DNA of 64,000 nucleotides from Arenicellales bacterium (lineage in GTDB: Bacteria > Pseudomonadota > Gammaproteobacteria > Arenicellales > JAJDZL01). The notes under the pieces were generated by a model. It made no database searches. It was given only the letters and a program-made list of their open reading frames with translations, and was not told the DNA's origin. The translations under genes and the position numbers were made by a program. Of this stretch, positions 48,760-58,538 are shown in pieces. The DNA is taken from positions 1,669,845 to 1,733,844 of the forward strand of contig CBDEUN010000003.1 of the NCBI GenBank assembly GCA_965243305.1, given 5' to 3'. Position 1 is the first letter of the stretch. Every line of letters starts with the position of its first letter.

Positions 48760-50007
48760 GGGAATAATCGTTTATAGTTGACAAGTGTAAAATCAATCCG
48801 ATTTTTTCGATTTTTTGGAAGATTTCTGTCGGTCCGGGTTCTGCATGGATTTCGGCTTCACACCCATCAGAATGGATACGACATCGTCAATTTCGAAGTC
48901 GGTCATGGGCGGAACATCGCCTGGCGGAGCCGGTTTTCGAGACTGCTTTGACACGATTGAATGCCGGTCAGTGAATGCGGCCATCCATTCCGTCGATCAG
49001 CTCGACGTACTTCAACCGTTTGCCGAACAGTCCGCAGATGGTGGTGTCGATCTGGACCATGGTATCCAGTTCACGAACATTCTGCCGGGCGCTGAACTCG
49101 TCCACATACTTCTGCAGGTGCTTGGGACTCATTTTGTGATACACGCCGTAGTAGCCGCGCTTCAGACATGACCAGAACGATTCGGCGCCATTGGTATGCG
49201 CCTGACCCCTGACATATTCACCAACCGAATGTCTGACTGTCTCATGCCTGTAGCCATGCTGCTGAAGTCCTTCATAGGCGCTCGCATCATCCGTATAGAC
49301 CGTTGAGCCTTCTGAAACGCTGTCACAGACAATCTGGTGCAGCGTGATGGCCTTGGTATCGGCCACCCTGAATGACTTGATCTGCCTGCTGGTGCGTTCC
49401 TTGATGCCAACCACCGCAGTTTTGCCGACCACCCCTCGCCCAGCGTTGAGCTTCTTATCCTTATGTTTGTTCTTCTCCCGGCCACCCAGATAAGTCTCGT
49501 CCACTTCCACCTGACAGCCAAACAGCTGTGATGCATTGTTCGCCCAGGCCGTTCTGATCCGGTGGGCCATGAACCAGGCATTCGACTGATGCATGCCGAT
49601 GTCGTTGGCCAGCTTGTAACTCGAAACCCCTTTCAGTGACGTCGACAGCAGATAAATGCCCATCAGCCATTTCCGATACGTGATGTTGCTGCCTTCCATG
49701 AGTGTTCCGGTCTTGACGCTGAAATATTTGCGGCACGGTCTGCACCAGTAGGGCATGGTCTTATGACTGGCCTGACGGGTCTTTGTCGATTCGCACCGCG
49801 GACAGATGCGCCCGTCTTTCCAGCGCAGCGATTCGATGTATTCCATCGCATCGGACTCCGTCGCAAACTGTTCCAGAAACTCGTAAAGGCTGACACGCTT
49901 TCGGTCTTTTCTGCTCTTGTGCATGAAATATACTTCCCACCTGATTTTTCTACGTTGGAAAGTATATTTCAAAAAGTTGGTTTTGTCAACTATTAACGAT
50001 TATTCCC
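48760..50007 (-). mobile_element. IS1595-family insertion sequence, copy B (1248 bp)
   Basis: Same IRs as copy A and all ORF translations identical. Flanked by 8-bp direct repeat AAAAAAAT (48752-48759 and 50008-50015). Confidence 0.9.
48968..49924 (-). CDS. IS1595-family (ISXO2-like) DDE transposase
   Basis: Translation identical to the 915-1871 product. Confidence 0.88.
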   Translation of the reverse strand: MHKSRKDRKRVSLYEFLEQFATESDAMEYIESLRWKDGRICPRCESTKTRQASHKTMPYWCRPCRKYFSVKTGTLMEGSNITYRKWLMGIYLLSTSLKGVSSYKLANDIGMHQSNAWFMAHRIRTAWANNASQLFGCQVEVDETYLGGREKNKHKDKKLNAGRGVVGKTAVVGIKERTSRQIKSFRVADTKAITLHQIVCDSVSEGSTVYTDDASAYEGLQQHGYRHETVRHSVGEYVRGQAHTNGAESFWSCLKRGYYGVYHKMSPKHLQKYVDEFSARQNVRELDTMVQIDTTICGLFGKRLKYVELIDGMDGRIH

Positions 50008-50526
50008 AAAAAAATGGCTTCAAATCGAACCCAAACTGGCTTCTGAAGATCTTCGTCCGTACGTATTCGTAGCACGTGAAAAACGCTTGTTAGCGAGTGC
50101 CACGGTTCAAAGCGGCTTGGAAACGTTAATTACTCAGCTTTGTGGTGCAAAAATTGAAGTTAGATCAGCGGAACAGGAGGTGAGAGGGTTAACCACCACA
50201 GATGCGGACACAGTTTTCAGCGGTTTGCGTGAGCATGTACTCAGAGCCGGAAGTTTCAAGACTGAACCTCAAGGAATAGTTGGTCTCGCGACAGTAGCAA
50301 AACTTCACTCACAATTCCAAATCGAACTTGTCGCCTTGCTGGAAGCTTTTGACCCTACGGATCTGGGACTTTGGGTGGTTAAAGGCTGGAGCGAATCCAT
50401 CACGGAACCACAGGCTCAGGAGAGACTAATTGAATTGCTCCGCAGTTGGGCAGATCAGGATGACAACAAGCAGCTTAGCTCAGCTGCACGGGTTGCCATC
50501 TCAACACTTCAATAAGTGACGAGCTG

Positions 50527-51402
50527 ATGGGAACTTCTGCCTCCACATCAGGTACTGGTTCTGGAAAATCCCTCGTTCCATCTTGGCTTGATGAGCCAGA
50601 TACTGGACCGTTACCAGGAGGCGATGATGAATCGCTGCCCGGTGATGGTGTTAATGGAGACGGTGATCAGAACGGACACATCGGCGGAACGAAACCGCCT
50701 TTGCCTCTGCCTGTAGAAGGAGGACGATTTCGTACTGCGAGAGCAAACTTTACACGTTTCGCTAGGTCTGGAGGAAGTGACCAAAGCGCACTTCGCCGAG
50801 CGGTTCGGGATTACGTTCGTACCGGTACAAATGGTAGCAATAATGCGGTACGACGTATGGCATCATCACGAACCGCAGCGAGTAAAACTCTTGGTGTGCT
50901 CCGTGGATTGCAGCGTGATGGTATACAGGAAACTCTACGTCGACACAACCTCCAGAACCTTTCGGGCCGTAGTGTTGAAGAGATCTTTATTGGGCTAACC
51001 GAAATTGTTTGCCAAGATGGTGGACTAATCGACGACGCAATCTCAAGAGACGCATGGCTTGAAACAATCGCAGATCTTGATCAATTCAATATCGATAATC
51101 TAGATGCACTAACAGAAGAACAGGTTCGAGAACTATTCTTGAATTTTGTAGCACACTCAATAGAAGTACGACTTTATCAGGAGATCGGCGTTAACGGTTT
51201 TAAACTGTCTGATGATCTTGCGAACATCGATAGTTTTGACCATCAGTTCAGAAACTATATTGAACGAAGTGTACGGGATTCTTTCCTTGGCGACCTTTCG
51301 AATCTTTCAGACATGACCGATGATGATATCAGAGACATTGTTGATGAAACCTACTTAGAAGCTTGGAAACTTCTTGAGCAAATTGGAGATCAAGAAGGAT
51401 GA
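50527..51402 (+). CDS. qatB: QatB (uncharacterised Qat system component)
   Basis: 291 aa, MGTSASTSGTGSGKSLVPSWLDEP N-terminus. Sits between the KAP NTPase and the QueC-like gene; its stop overlaps the qatC start (ATGA). Confidence 0.65.
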   Translation: MGTSASTSGTGSGKSLVPSWLDEPDTGPLPGGDDESLPGDGVNGDGDQNGHIGGTKPPLPLPVEGGRFRTARANFTRFARSGGSDQSALRRAVRDYVRTGTNGSNNAVRRMASSRTAASKTLGVLRGLQRDGIQETLRRHNLQNLSGRSVEEIFIGLTEIVCQDGGLIDDAISRDAWLETIADLDQFNIDNLDALTEEQVRELFLNFVAHSIEVRLYQEIGVNGFKLSDDLANIDSFDHQFRNYIERSVRDSFLGDLSNLSDMTDDDIRDIVDETYLEAWKLLEQIGDQEG

Positions 51403-52754
51403 GAAGACATAGCATAGTGGCTCGGTTGAGTGCAGCCGACAAAGCGAAAGTCACATTCGTTGACAAGAGCTCCAAGATGTCTACACTTAATTTCATCAGT
51501 GCAGACAAAAGAATAGATCACGGTATCGGACAAATCCTTGATCAGCTATTACAGCGTTGCATATATCCGAACGAGATAGCAATTGATTTAGCGATTCTAG
51601 CGGCGACTGTTACTGCCGCAGACACAAGAATATCGCGGTGGGACGACGCCCAGGATAGTTGGACTCGCGAAATCGATTTATACCTACCTGTCTCCAATGT
51701 TGGTCTGTGGTCCGACAATGCTCAACTAATTGAACGAATGCTGCGATTCTTAACAGGCGATCTCTGGTCTGTATATTTTCGTGCCAGACAAAAGGGGATG
51801 AAATCGCTCATCAATCGGCCATCTCAACTGGTTGGCACAAATTTGAATTCGGTTTGTCTGTTCTCGGGCGGTCTTGACAGTTTTGTTGGTGCTATTGACC
51901 TACTCGAAAACGGGAACAACCCTATGTTTGTCAGCCACTATAAAGATGCGAGTACTAAAAGTCAAGAACATTGTGCTGCGAAGTTGTGTAGACAGTATGG
52001 GGAATTCACCCCACGTCATGTGCGAGCAAATGTTAGTTTTGATAAGAATGACTTGCCCGGACTTGGTGTCGAAACGACGACACGCAGCCGCTCGTTCATT
52101 TTTTTCGCATTGGCCGTGTTGGTTGCTGATGCAATCGAGGGAACGACGCCAATCTATGTTCCTGAAAATGGCCTCATTTCCCTCAATGTACCACTTGATC
52201 CGTTGAGACTAGGTGCGTGGAGTACACGAACAACACATCCATTTTATATGGCTCGTTGGCAAGAGCTGCTAGACAATCTCAATATTACCGCACAGTTGTC
52301 CAATCCTTATAGATTCAAGACCAAAGGTCAAATGTTGTCAGAATGTGCAAACCCAACATTCATCGCCAACAATTACGATATCACCATCTCCTGCTCCTCA
52401 ATTACGAAAAGTCGATGGAAGGGCCTTTCACCGGTGCACTGCGGTTATTGCACACCGTGTTTAATCCGACGCGCATCAATCGAGACAGCATATGGTGGTG
52501 ATACTACAACATACTCAATTCCAAACCTGTATGCCCGACCTCTGAATGCACGAGAATCGGAGTCTGCAGATGTTCGCAGCTTCCAGATGATGCACCGCAG
52601 GCTATGTAAGAACACCGACCTTGCGAACATACTCATACACAAGCCTGGTCCGCTTAATGACTACTCAGTAACGGAAATTAAGGATTACACCGAAGTATTT
52701 AAGCGAGGCATCAGCGAAGTTGGAGCATTGGTGGAAAAAGTACCAATAGCATAG
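51399..52754 (+). CDS. qatC: QatC (QueC-like PP-loop ATPase)
   Basis: PP-loop VCLFSGGLDSFVGA, C-terminal cysteine cluster CGYCTPC, 451 aa. Confidence 0.75.
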   Translation: MRRHSIVARLSAADKAKVTFVDKSSKMSTLNFISADKRIDHGIGQILDQLLQRCIYPNEIAIDLAILAATVTAADTRISRWDDAQDSWTREIDLYLPVSNVGLWSDNAQLIERMLRFLTGDLWSVYFRARQKGMKSLINRPSQLVGTNLNSVCLFSGGLDSFVGAIDLLENGNNPMFVSHYKDASTKSQEHCAAKLCRQYGEFTPRHVRANVSFDKNDLPGLGVETTTRSRSFIFFALAVLVADAIEGTTPIYVPENGLISLNVPLDPLRLGAWSTRTTHPFYMARWQELLDNLNITAQLSNPYRFKTKGQMLSECANPTFIANNYDITISCSSITKSRWKGLSPVHCGYCTPCLIRRASIETAYGGDTTTYSIPNLYARPLNARESESADVRSFQMMHRRLCKNTDLANILIHKPGPLNDYSVTEIKDYTEVFKRGISEVGALVEKVPIA

Positions 52755-52756
52755 GC

Positions 52757-53530
52757 ATGGGAAACGGAACTATATTTCGAGGTTTTGACTTCCATTGTCA
52801 CGTCGATTTGCACTCTAACCCTCCCACCCTCATTAAAGAGTGTGAGGAGCACCAAATTGCAGTTCTTGCGGTGACAACTACACCAAAAGCTTGGGTTCAG
52901 AATCGAAAGTGGACTGACAAGAGTCGTCATGTATATTCCGCTGTAGGGTTACATCCAGAACTTGTTGGAGAACGCTATAAAGAGGTTGCTCTGTTGGAGG
53001 AGTGTATGGACCAGACACCGTTTGTTGGTGAGATAGGCCTTGATGGGAGCGTGCGCAACAGCATGAGCTGGGAGCGTCAAATGGACGTTTTTTCCCGGGT
53101 GCTGAAGCGTGCCGATAATCTGGGTCATCGTGTACTCAGCATACATAGCCGACGAGCAGCAAATCAAGTTGTGGACATGATTGCACAATATACAAGCGAA
53201 AAACGTGTACTTTCAATCCTGCATTGGTATTCAGGACAAAAGAACACGGCTAAAAAGGCTCTCGAACTTGGTTGTTACTTTTCAGTTAATCTACGAATGT
53301 TGGCAAGTGAGACAGGCCACAGATTAGTTAATATTCTACCCAAAGAAAAATTACTGATTGAGACGGACGCGCCTTTTACATCTGTCGATGACCGCAAGTA
53401 CGATCCTTCGGTCTCCATCAAAACAGCGGAGCAGGTGGCACACTCGAAAAGTATTTCGATAGCCGATTTTAATGAGCAATTACAGATCAACGCTAGATAT
53501 GTCTTTAATTTCGCTGGCATAGAACTATAG
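52757..53530 (+). CDS. qatD: QatD (TatD-family metal-dependent DNase/hydrolase)
   Basis: FDFHCHVDLH N-terminal metal motif, ...IETDAPF C-terminal motif, 257 aa. Confidence 0.8.
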   Translation: MGNGTIFRGFDFHCHVDLHSNPPTLIKECEEHQIAVLAVTTTPKAWVQNRKWTDKSRHVYSAVGLHPELVGERYKEVALLEECMDQTPFVGEIGLDGSVRNSMSWERQMDVFSRVLKRADNLGHRVLSIHSRRAANQVVDMIAQYTSEKRVLSILHWYSGQKNTAKKALELGCYFSVNLRMLASETGHRLVNILPKEKLLIETDAPFTSVDDRKYDPSVSIKTAEQVAHSKSISIADFNEQLQINARYVFNFAGIEL

Positions 53531-53678
53531 GAAGTTTTCGCATCTAAGTAACTGGGGGTTGATCGTGAAAAAACTCCTGTTTCTTGTATCAAGGTGCATG
53601 CAGTTTGAGAGATTAATTTTGTTAATAGACTGACTGTTACAATTATTTGCAATAATTGAATTGAAAAGGGATTTTAGC

Positions 53679-53712
53679 TAGGGTTTGAATTCTTCCCAGC
53701 CGTACCCACCAA
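53679..53712 (+). repeat. Degenerate copy 1 of the tRNA(CAT) 3' end (att-like)
   Basis: TAGGGTTTGAATTCTTC-CCAGC-CGTACCCACCA versus tRNA GAAGGTTCGAGTCCTTC-CGGGCCCACCA. Same orientation as the tRNA. Confidence 0.55.
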
Positions 53713-53782
53713 GTTTGACGCAATAAATAAAGATGACAAATGAAGGCAATTTGTTATCAATTGTTGAGTAAGCTTTGAGAGG

Positions 53783-53983
53783 ATGAACAGAATGAAAAAA
53801 CGATTAACCGCCGTTGTCGAATGTGAAAGTGATGGATATGTTGCTTTATGTCCAGATGTAAATGTTGCCAGCCAAGGTGCTACTGTTGCTGAAGCGCGCG
53901 ATAATCTGATCGAAGCACTATCTCTGTTTTTCGAGACAGCCTCCACTAGTGAAATTGATCGACGTTCGCAATTCGAGAACTGA
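53783..53983 (+). CDS. HicB-family antitoxin-like protein (UPF0150), apparently orphan
   Basis: LTAVVECESDGYVALCPDVNVASQGATVAEARDNLIEALSLFFE is the classic HicB N-terminal fold pattern. No intact hicA is adjacent. Confidence 0.7.
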   Translation: MNRMKKRLTAVVECESDGYVALCPDVNVASQGATVAEARDNLIEALSLFFETASTSEIDRRSQFEN

Positions 53984-54347
53984 AATTGTGAATTCGGCGA
54001 CTACGAAAAATTAACTTAGAAAATTTTGGTAACCAGGTTTCGTAAAAATTCCAACCGTTCCACCAAACTACATTTGGCCAGCAATCGCTTAGGTCTGTAG
54101 AAATCACCCACTTGAAGAAGTAGAGTGAGGTTGGAAAGAGCCAACCAACAATATTAGAGAAGCGTTCTATTGAAAGCAGAAATCTGATGGTTTCGGAGCT
54201 ATGGATGATTACGATCTAGTACTCAATCGATGAGTATATGGTAGCAAAAGATAGAACTACTGTGTTGTCTTTAGTGGTGGGCGAATTCCGATTCGAAAAT
54301 TGAAGATTATAAAGGTTAGGATACGTTGCGTCCGTGCTCACCAAATT

Positions 54348-56105
54348 CCCTAATCCTCAGTTAGAGACTGCCAGCGGCGGCTAAGGCGAGATTTTCGGCA
54401 CTCTGGCGGTTCGAAGCGCCAGGATTTTCCAAACCATCAAGCCACACACCGAAATCGGTGACCATTTTACCCGGCTGAACCCACTGCGAAGCGAATCTGG
54501 CGGCTCAGCAGCAAATCCGGCGCAAGCCTGTCCCTGACAGTAGACTGACTGCCATGATCTGTAGTGTAAAGCCGTTTCAGAACGAATGAGAAGTCAGGAC
54601 AGGCTGCAGCGGCGGATGGCCCAAAGCGACTGTTCCAGGACAGGAAGTTTGGCCGCACTGACTTTCAGGGTCCACTGCCGCGCATGGCGAACCACCTGTC
54701 CGGCCATCGCATACAGTCGGTGACGGAAACTGATCGCCCGCACGCCATACCACTCCTGCGGCAGTTTCATGCGCATCAGCGCAAGCAGATTGAAGGCAAT
54801 CGAAGACAGAAGCAGGTACGCGACATTGGCTTTGAACTCGCCGCACGGCAGATGCGCCGCGCTGAAGTCACTGCGAATTTCCTTGAGCCGGTTTTCCGAG
54901 CTGTCCCCTCTCTGGTTGTACCACCATACAATCTCGCCGTCACTGAAGCGGTCCAGGTCCAGATCGGTCGCAATCGCCCGGTAGATGTACCTGCCGCTGA
55001 CCGCACTTTGCACATCGACCTGGTGCAGGCCTTCATTTTTGAAAACCATCTTCAGCTGCTCAGTCCCGTCAGGCATCCCAGCGTCGGCCGGCAGCTTGTC
55101 CCGCACCCGTTTTTTCTGCACCACCAGACAGAAAGCCTCAGGCACATCTTCCATCACATGCAGCGTACGGGCCAGATACTCGCCTTCCAATACCGCACCG
55201 TCGGCATTCACAACCGCATTCCAATCCTCATCCTTAATGTCCAGTACCGTTTTCTTCACCGCACTGTCCATCTTCGCCCGAATCGCAAAACGGATGCCGT
55301 GTGCGCGGCAATCATTGATGATGCCCGCCTGATAGGAGGCGGCATCGGCCCGGAAGCGAGTGACACCCACCCCTTCGGGCAGCGCCGCGCGGCAGCGCCG
55401 GAAAAACTCAACATTCTCAGCCCCAGGCGGCACATTGCCCTCGCGAAGCTCAGCCGCAGCCACCTGACCGGTCTCGGCAATGTGACCGAACATCGGCATG
55501 TACCCGCGATGCTTCTTATACGTCCACTTCGCGTCTTTTTTCTTCGACCGAATCGCCGATGCGTCAATGTCCAAAGTGACGCACTTTCGATCACCCAGCG
55601 TCGCTTTCATCACCGCGCGGTTGACCTGCTCGAGAACCGAGATCATCTGTCGACTGTCGCCGACTCTGTGAAGCCATCCACCCAGCGTCGTGGCACAGGG
55701 AATCGTCCCAAAACCCAACAGCTTCATCAGCGCCGGTTCACTGCGCAGGTGGCGCACATCGTCGATGCACCCCGCACCTTCGTGGAACATCAGCATGAAG
55801 GTATTGAAAATGGCGCTGTGCCGGTAGCCTCGATTGCTGCCGGGTGTGGGCATTGACGAATCAATGAGCTGTGACAGCTCAAGGCGCTTGAGCAGTTCGG
55901 CTGGCACCACCAGACCGGCTCTGGAGGTGAAATTGTGGCAGCTTGCCGCAGTGTTGTATGGTAGAATCTTCATAAGCCTTGCGAAATCTGAGAGCCGTTT
56001 CGAATTCACCCATTGGGTGAATGCCGAATTGGGCGTTTTTTTCAATATCTCTCTGATTTTACAGGGCTTTATCATTTTCTGCAACTTTTTATTTGCGGAT
56101 CAGGG
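54348..56105 (-). mobile_element. IS1380-family insertion sequence, copy B
   Basis: Matches copy A at both ends and in all ORF translations. Left flank AAATT (54343-54347) but right flank AATGA (56106-56110), so no target-site duplication. Confidence 0.85.
54594..56084 (-). CDS. IS1380-family DDE transposase
   Basis: Translation identical to the 19294-20784 product. Confidence 0.8.
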   Translation of the reverse strand: MQKMIKPCKIREILKKTPNSAFTQWVNSKRLSDFARLMKILPYNTAASCHNFTSRAGLVVPAELLKRLELSQLIDSSMPTPGSNRGYRHSAIFNTFMLMFHEGAGCIDDVRHLRSEPALMKLLGFGTIPCATTLGGWLHRVGDSRQMISVLEQVNRAVMKATLGDRKCVTLDIDASAIRSKKKDAKWTYKKHRGYMPMFGHIAETGQVAAAELREGNVPPGAENVEFFRRCRAALPEGVGVTRFRADAASYQAGIINDCRAHGIRFAIRAKMDSAVKKTVLDIKDEDWNAVVNADGAVLEGEYLARTLHVMEDVPEAFCLVVQKKRVRDKLPADAGMPDGTEQLKMVFKNEGLHQVDVQSAVSGRYIYRAIATDLDLDRFSDGEIVWWYNQRGDSSENRLKEIRSDFSAAHLPCGEFKANVAYLLLSSIAFNLLALMRMKLPQEWYGVRAISFRHRLYAMAGQVVRHARQWTLKVSAAKLPVLEQSLWAIRRCSLS

Positions 56106-56107
56106 AA

Positions 56108-58385
56108 TGATGTTGGGCTAGTTATTCTAGATGAAGGGCATATGATTGGCTTGAGTGAACGCGAAATCAAATACGAAGTGCAGATACAAAGACTGCTTCA
56201 AAGATCTGACGCGTCTACTCGACGAATAGTTTGTCTTTCAGCAATTTTACCGGGAGGAGATCAACTTGAAGATTTCGTTAGGTGGCTCAGGCGGGATGAA
56301 GAAGGGGAAGCGATAAAGAGTAGCTGGAGACCAACGGACCTGCTGTTTGGAGAAGTGCTTTGGAATAACCACAGCAAAAGTGGAAGGCTCGATATAAGTG
56401 TGGGTGAGGAAAATTCATTCGTCAACGAATATATAAAATCGTTTGTTCCATCGGTACCAAATCCCGGTATCAGAAGAAATCCTTTCCCCAATAATGCTCA
56501 AGAATTAACTTTAGCAAGTGCTTGGCGGTTAATGGAGGACAACTATACGGTTTTAGTTTACTGCCCACAAAAATCGTCTGTAGAATCGCTTGCAAGGATA
56601 GTTGTAGATTTGAACAAGAGAGGAGCTTTGCCGTCCGTAATTTCAGATTCGGAAGAAAGACTTGCACTGGCTAAAACAATGGGCTTAGAGTGGTTTGGTG
56701 AGGGACATCCTGTTCTTGAATGCCTGAGTATTGGAGTGGCTGTACACCATGGTTCTTTGCCTACTCCATTCAGGAAGGAAATAGAAAAATTACTACGGGA
56801 TGGTATTTTAAAACTCACAATTTCATCACCTACATTGGCTCAGGGATTAAATTTAACTGCTACCGCAATTATTTTTCATTCCTTAACTAGATTTAATTCT
56901 GAATTGGGCAGAAATCAAATTATCGAATCTTCAGAATTTAAGAATGTGATTGGAAGAGCTGGTAGAGCGTTTGTGGATGTAAAAGGACTAGTGATTTATC
57001 CAATATTTGATGAGCACACTGCAAGACAAAAAAATTGGCAAGAATTGATTCGTAATACGGAAACAAGAAATATGGAAAGCGGTCTACTTCGCCTAGTCAA
57101 TTCATTGCTTCTTCGCATGCATAAGAGTCTCAACCAACCGCCGTTGGAAGAATTCATTGAATATGTTGCCAATAATGCAAACGAATGGAGGTTTCATAAG
57201 GTGGTTGAAGAATCGGATACAGAGCAAAATCAACAGGATGAGAAATGGTGGAGTAATCTATCAAGTCTAGATGGTGCAATACTCAGCCTTGTCGGAGAGA
57301 GGGAAGTAGAATTCGAGGAAATTCCAAGACTGTTAGACGAAATATTGGCATCATCTCTGTGGCAAAGACGACTAGCGAGAGAATCAAAAGAAACACAGAA
57401 TCTTCACAATACAGCTCTAGCTCAAAGAGCTAAACATATATGGAATAACAGCACGTCGTCTCAGAGAAGAGGCTATTTTCTTGCAGGTGTAGGTCTCGAT
57501 ACTGGAAAAAGGCTAGATGAAATTGCAGATGAAGCAAATAGATTACTTATAGAAGCAAATTTGCAAATTCGCGAAGGAAATGAAGAAAAGACAATAACTG
57601 CTATCATTCAATTTGCTGAGATTGTTTTTCCAATTCAACCTTTCACTCCTATTTCCTATCCAAAAGATTGGCGAGATCTTCTGTCGCTTTGGTTAAAGGG
57701 ACTATCTGTTTCAAATAGAGATAGTGACAAGATTAACGAAGTACTGCAGTTTGTCGAGGATGGTCTTGTTTACCGCCTTCCATGGGGAATGGAAGCAGTT
57801 AGGGTGAGGGCGGAGGCCAATCAAGATATCATTTCTGAAGGCATGACCATAGAAAAATTTGAAACCGGATTAGTTATTCCTGCTTTAGAAACTGGTAGTT
57901 TAAGTCGATCTGCTGCATTGCTTATGCAAGCTGGTTTTACTTCACGGCAAGCAGCCATCAAGGCTGTTAGTGATTGTGCGGCAACATTTACAACCGCATT
58001 TGCTTTAAATCAGTGGCTAAAATCAGAATCCATTGTAGAACTAACAAAATCAGAAAATTGGCCAACCCCTGAAACTGCACAAATGTGGAAGACATTTATA
58101 GAAGATTACAACCCACCAGAGACAAAAACATGGAGCCAACAAAGTGCAGTAATACCAGTAGTTTGGAATTTACACCAAACTGAGCAATCTCCTTCGACAT
58201 GTCTAAAGGTAATAAATAGCAATGATAATCACACACACGTTGTAGCTGCCAATGGAGACATATTAGGACGAACAAAATTTCGCTTAGATTTGTTGAGTGG
58301 CGGTGTTTATTATGCAAATTTGCATGCTGACAGGCAGAGTCTTGACATAACCTATCTTGGGCCGGGAGACAACCCTTTTGCATAG
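56108..58385 (+). pseudogene. 5'-truncated superfamily-2 (DExH, Ski2-like) helicase with long C-terminal extension
   Basis: Native sequence starts at the IS boundary with DVGLVILDEGHMIG (motif II), SAILP (III), and the helicase-C domain HHGSLPTPFRKEIE...SSPTLAQGLNL...IGRAGR. Motif I (Walker A) and everything upstream are absent. Confidence 0.75.
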
Positions 58386-58538
58386 TGTGATGCACACTGA
58401 ATTCCAACAACGTCAGAGACGCTTATGAAATTCCTCTGTTGGATTTGCAAGAATATGCCGATTCAATACCTAAAAGTACCTCTTTCATTCAATAAAAAAT
58501 TTCGGTCAATTTCATGGATTGAAGTTACCACTTAATTT

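Larger units (their letters stand above)
47334..50515 (+). pseudogene. qatA: QatA (KAP-family P-loop NTPase) split by IS1595 copy B
   Basis: Walker A GDWGAGKSS, Walker B LIVLIDDLDRC. The frame reads ...EREWLKKW then enters the IS at 48760. Removing the IS and one TSD copy restores ...LKKWLQIEPKLASEDLRPYVFVAREKRLLASATVQ... through to the stop at 50515, about 641 aa. Confidence 0.85.

Noticed and set aside
33231-53657. Exact 17-mer AATTATTTGCAATAATT (near-palindrome) at 33231-33247 (lrp-rpsU intergenic) and 53641-53657 (just before att-like copy 1)
   Set aside because: This is an AT-rich 17-mer in AT-rich intergenic DNA, and a chance match in 64 kb is not negligible. The flanks do not extend the similarity. 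It could be an Lrp-type site, but there is no further support.
53997-54128. Possible decayed hicA downstream of hicB
   Set aside because: The translation RRLRKINLENFGNQVS*KFQPFHQTTFGQQ only vaguely recalls the HicA L-x-x-x-G-F...G-S-H pattern and contains a stop. This is insufficient to call.
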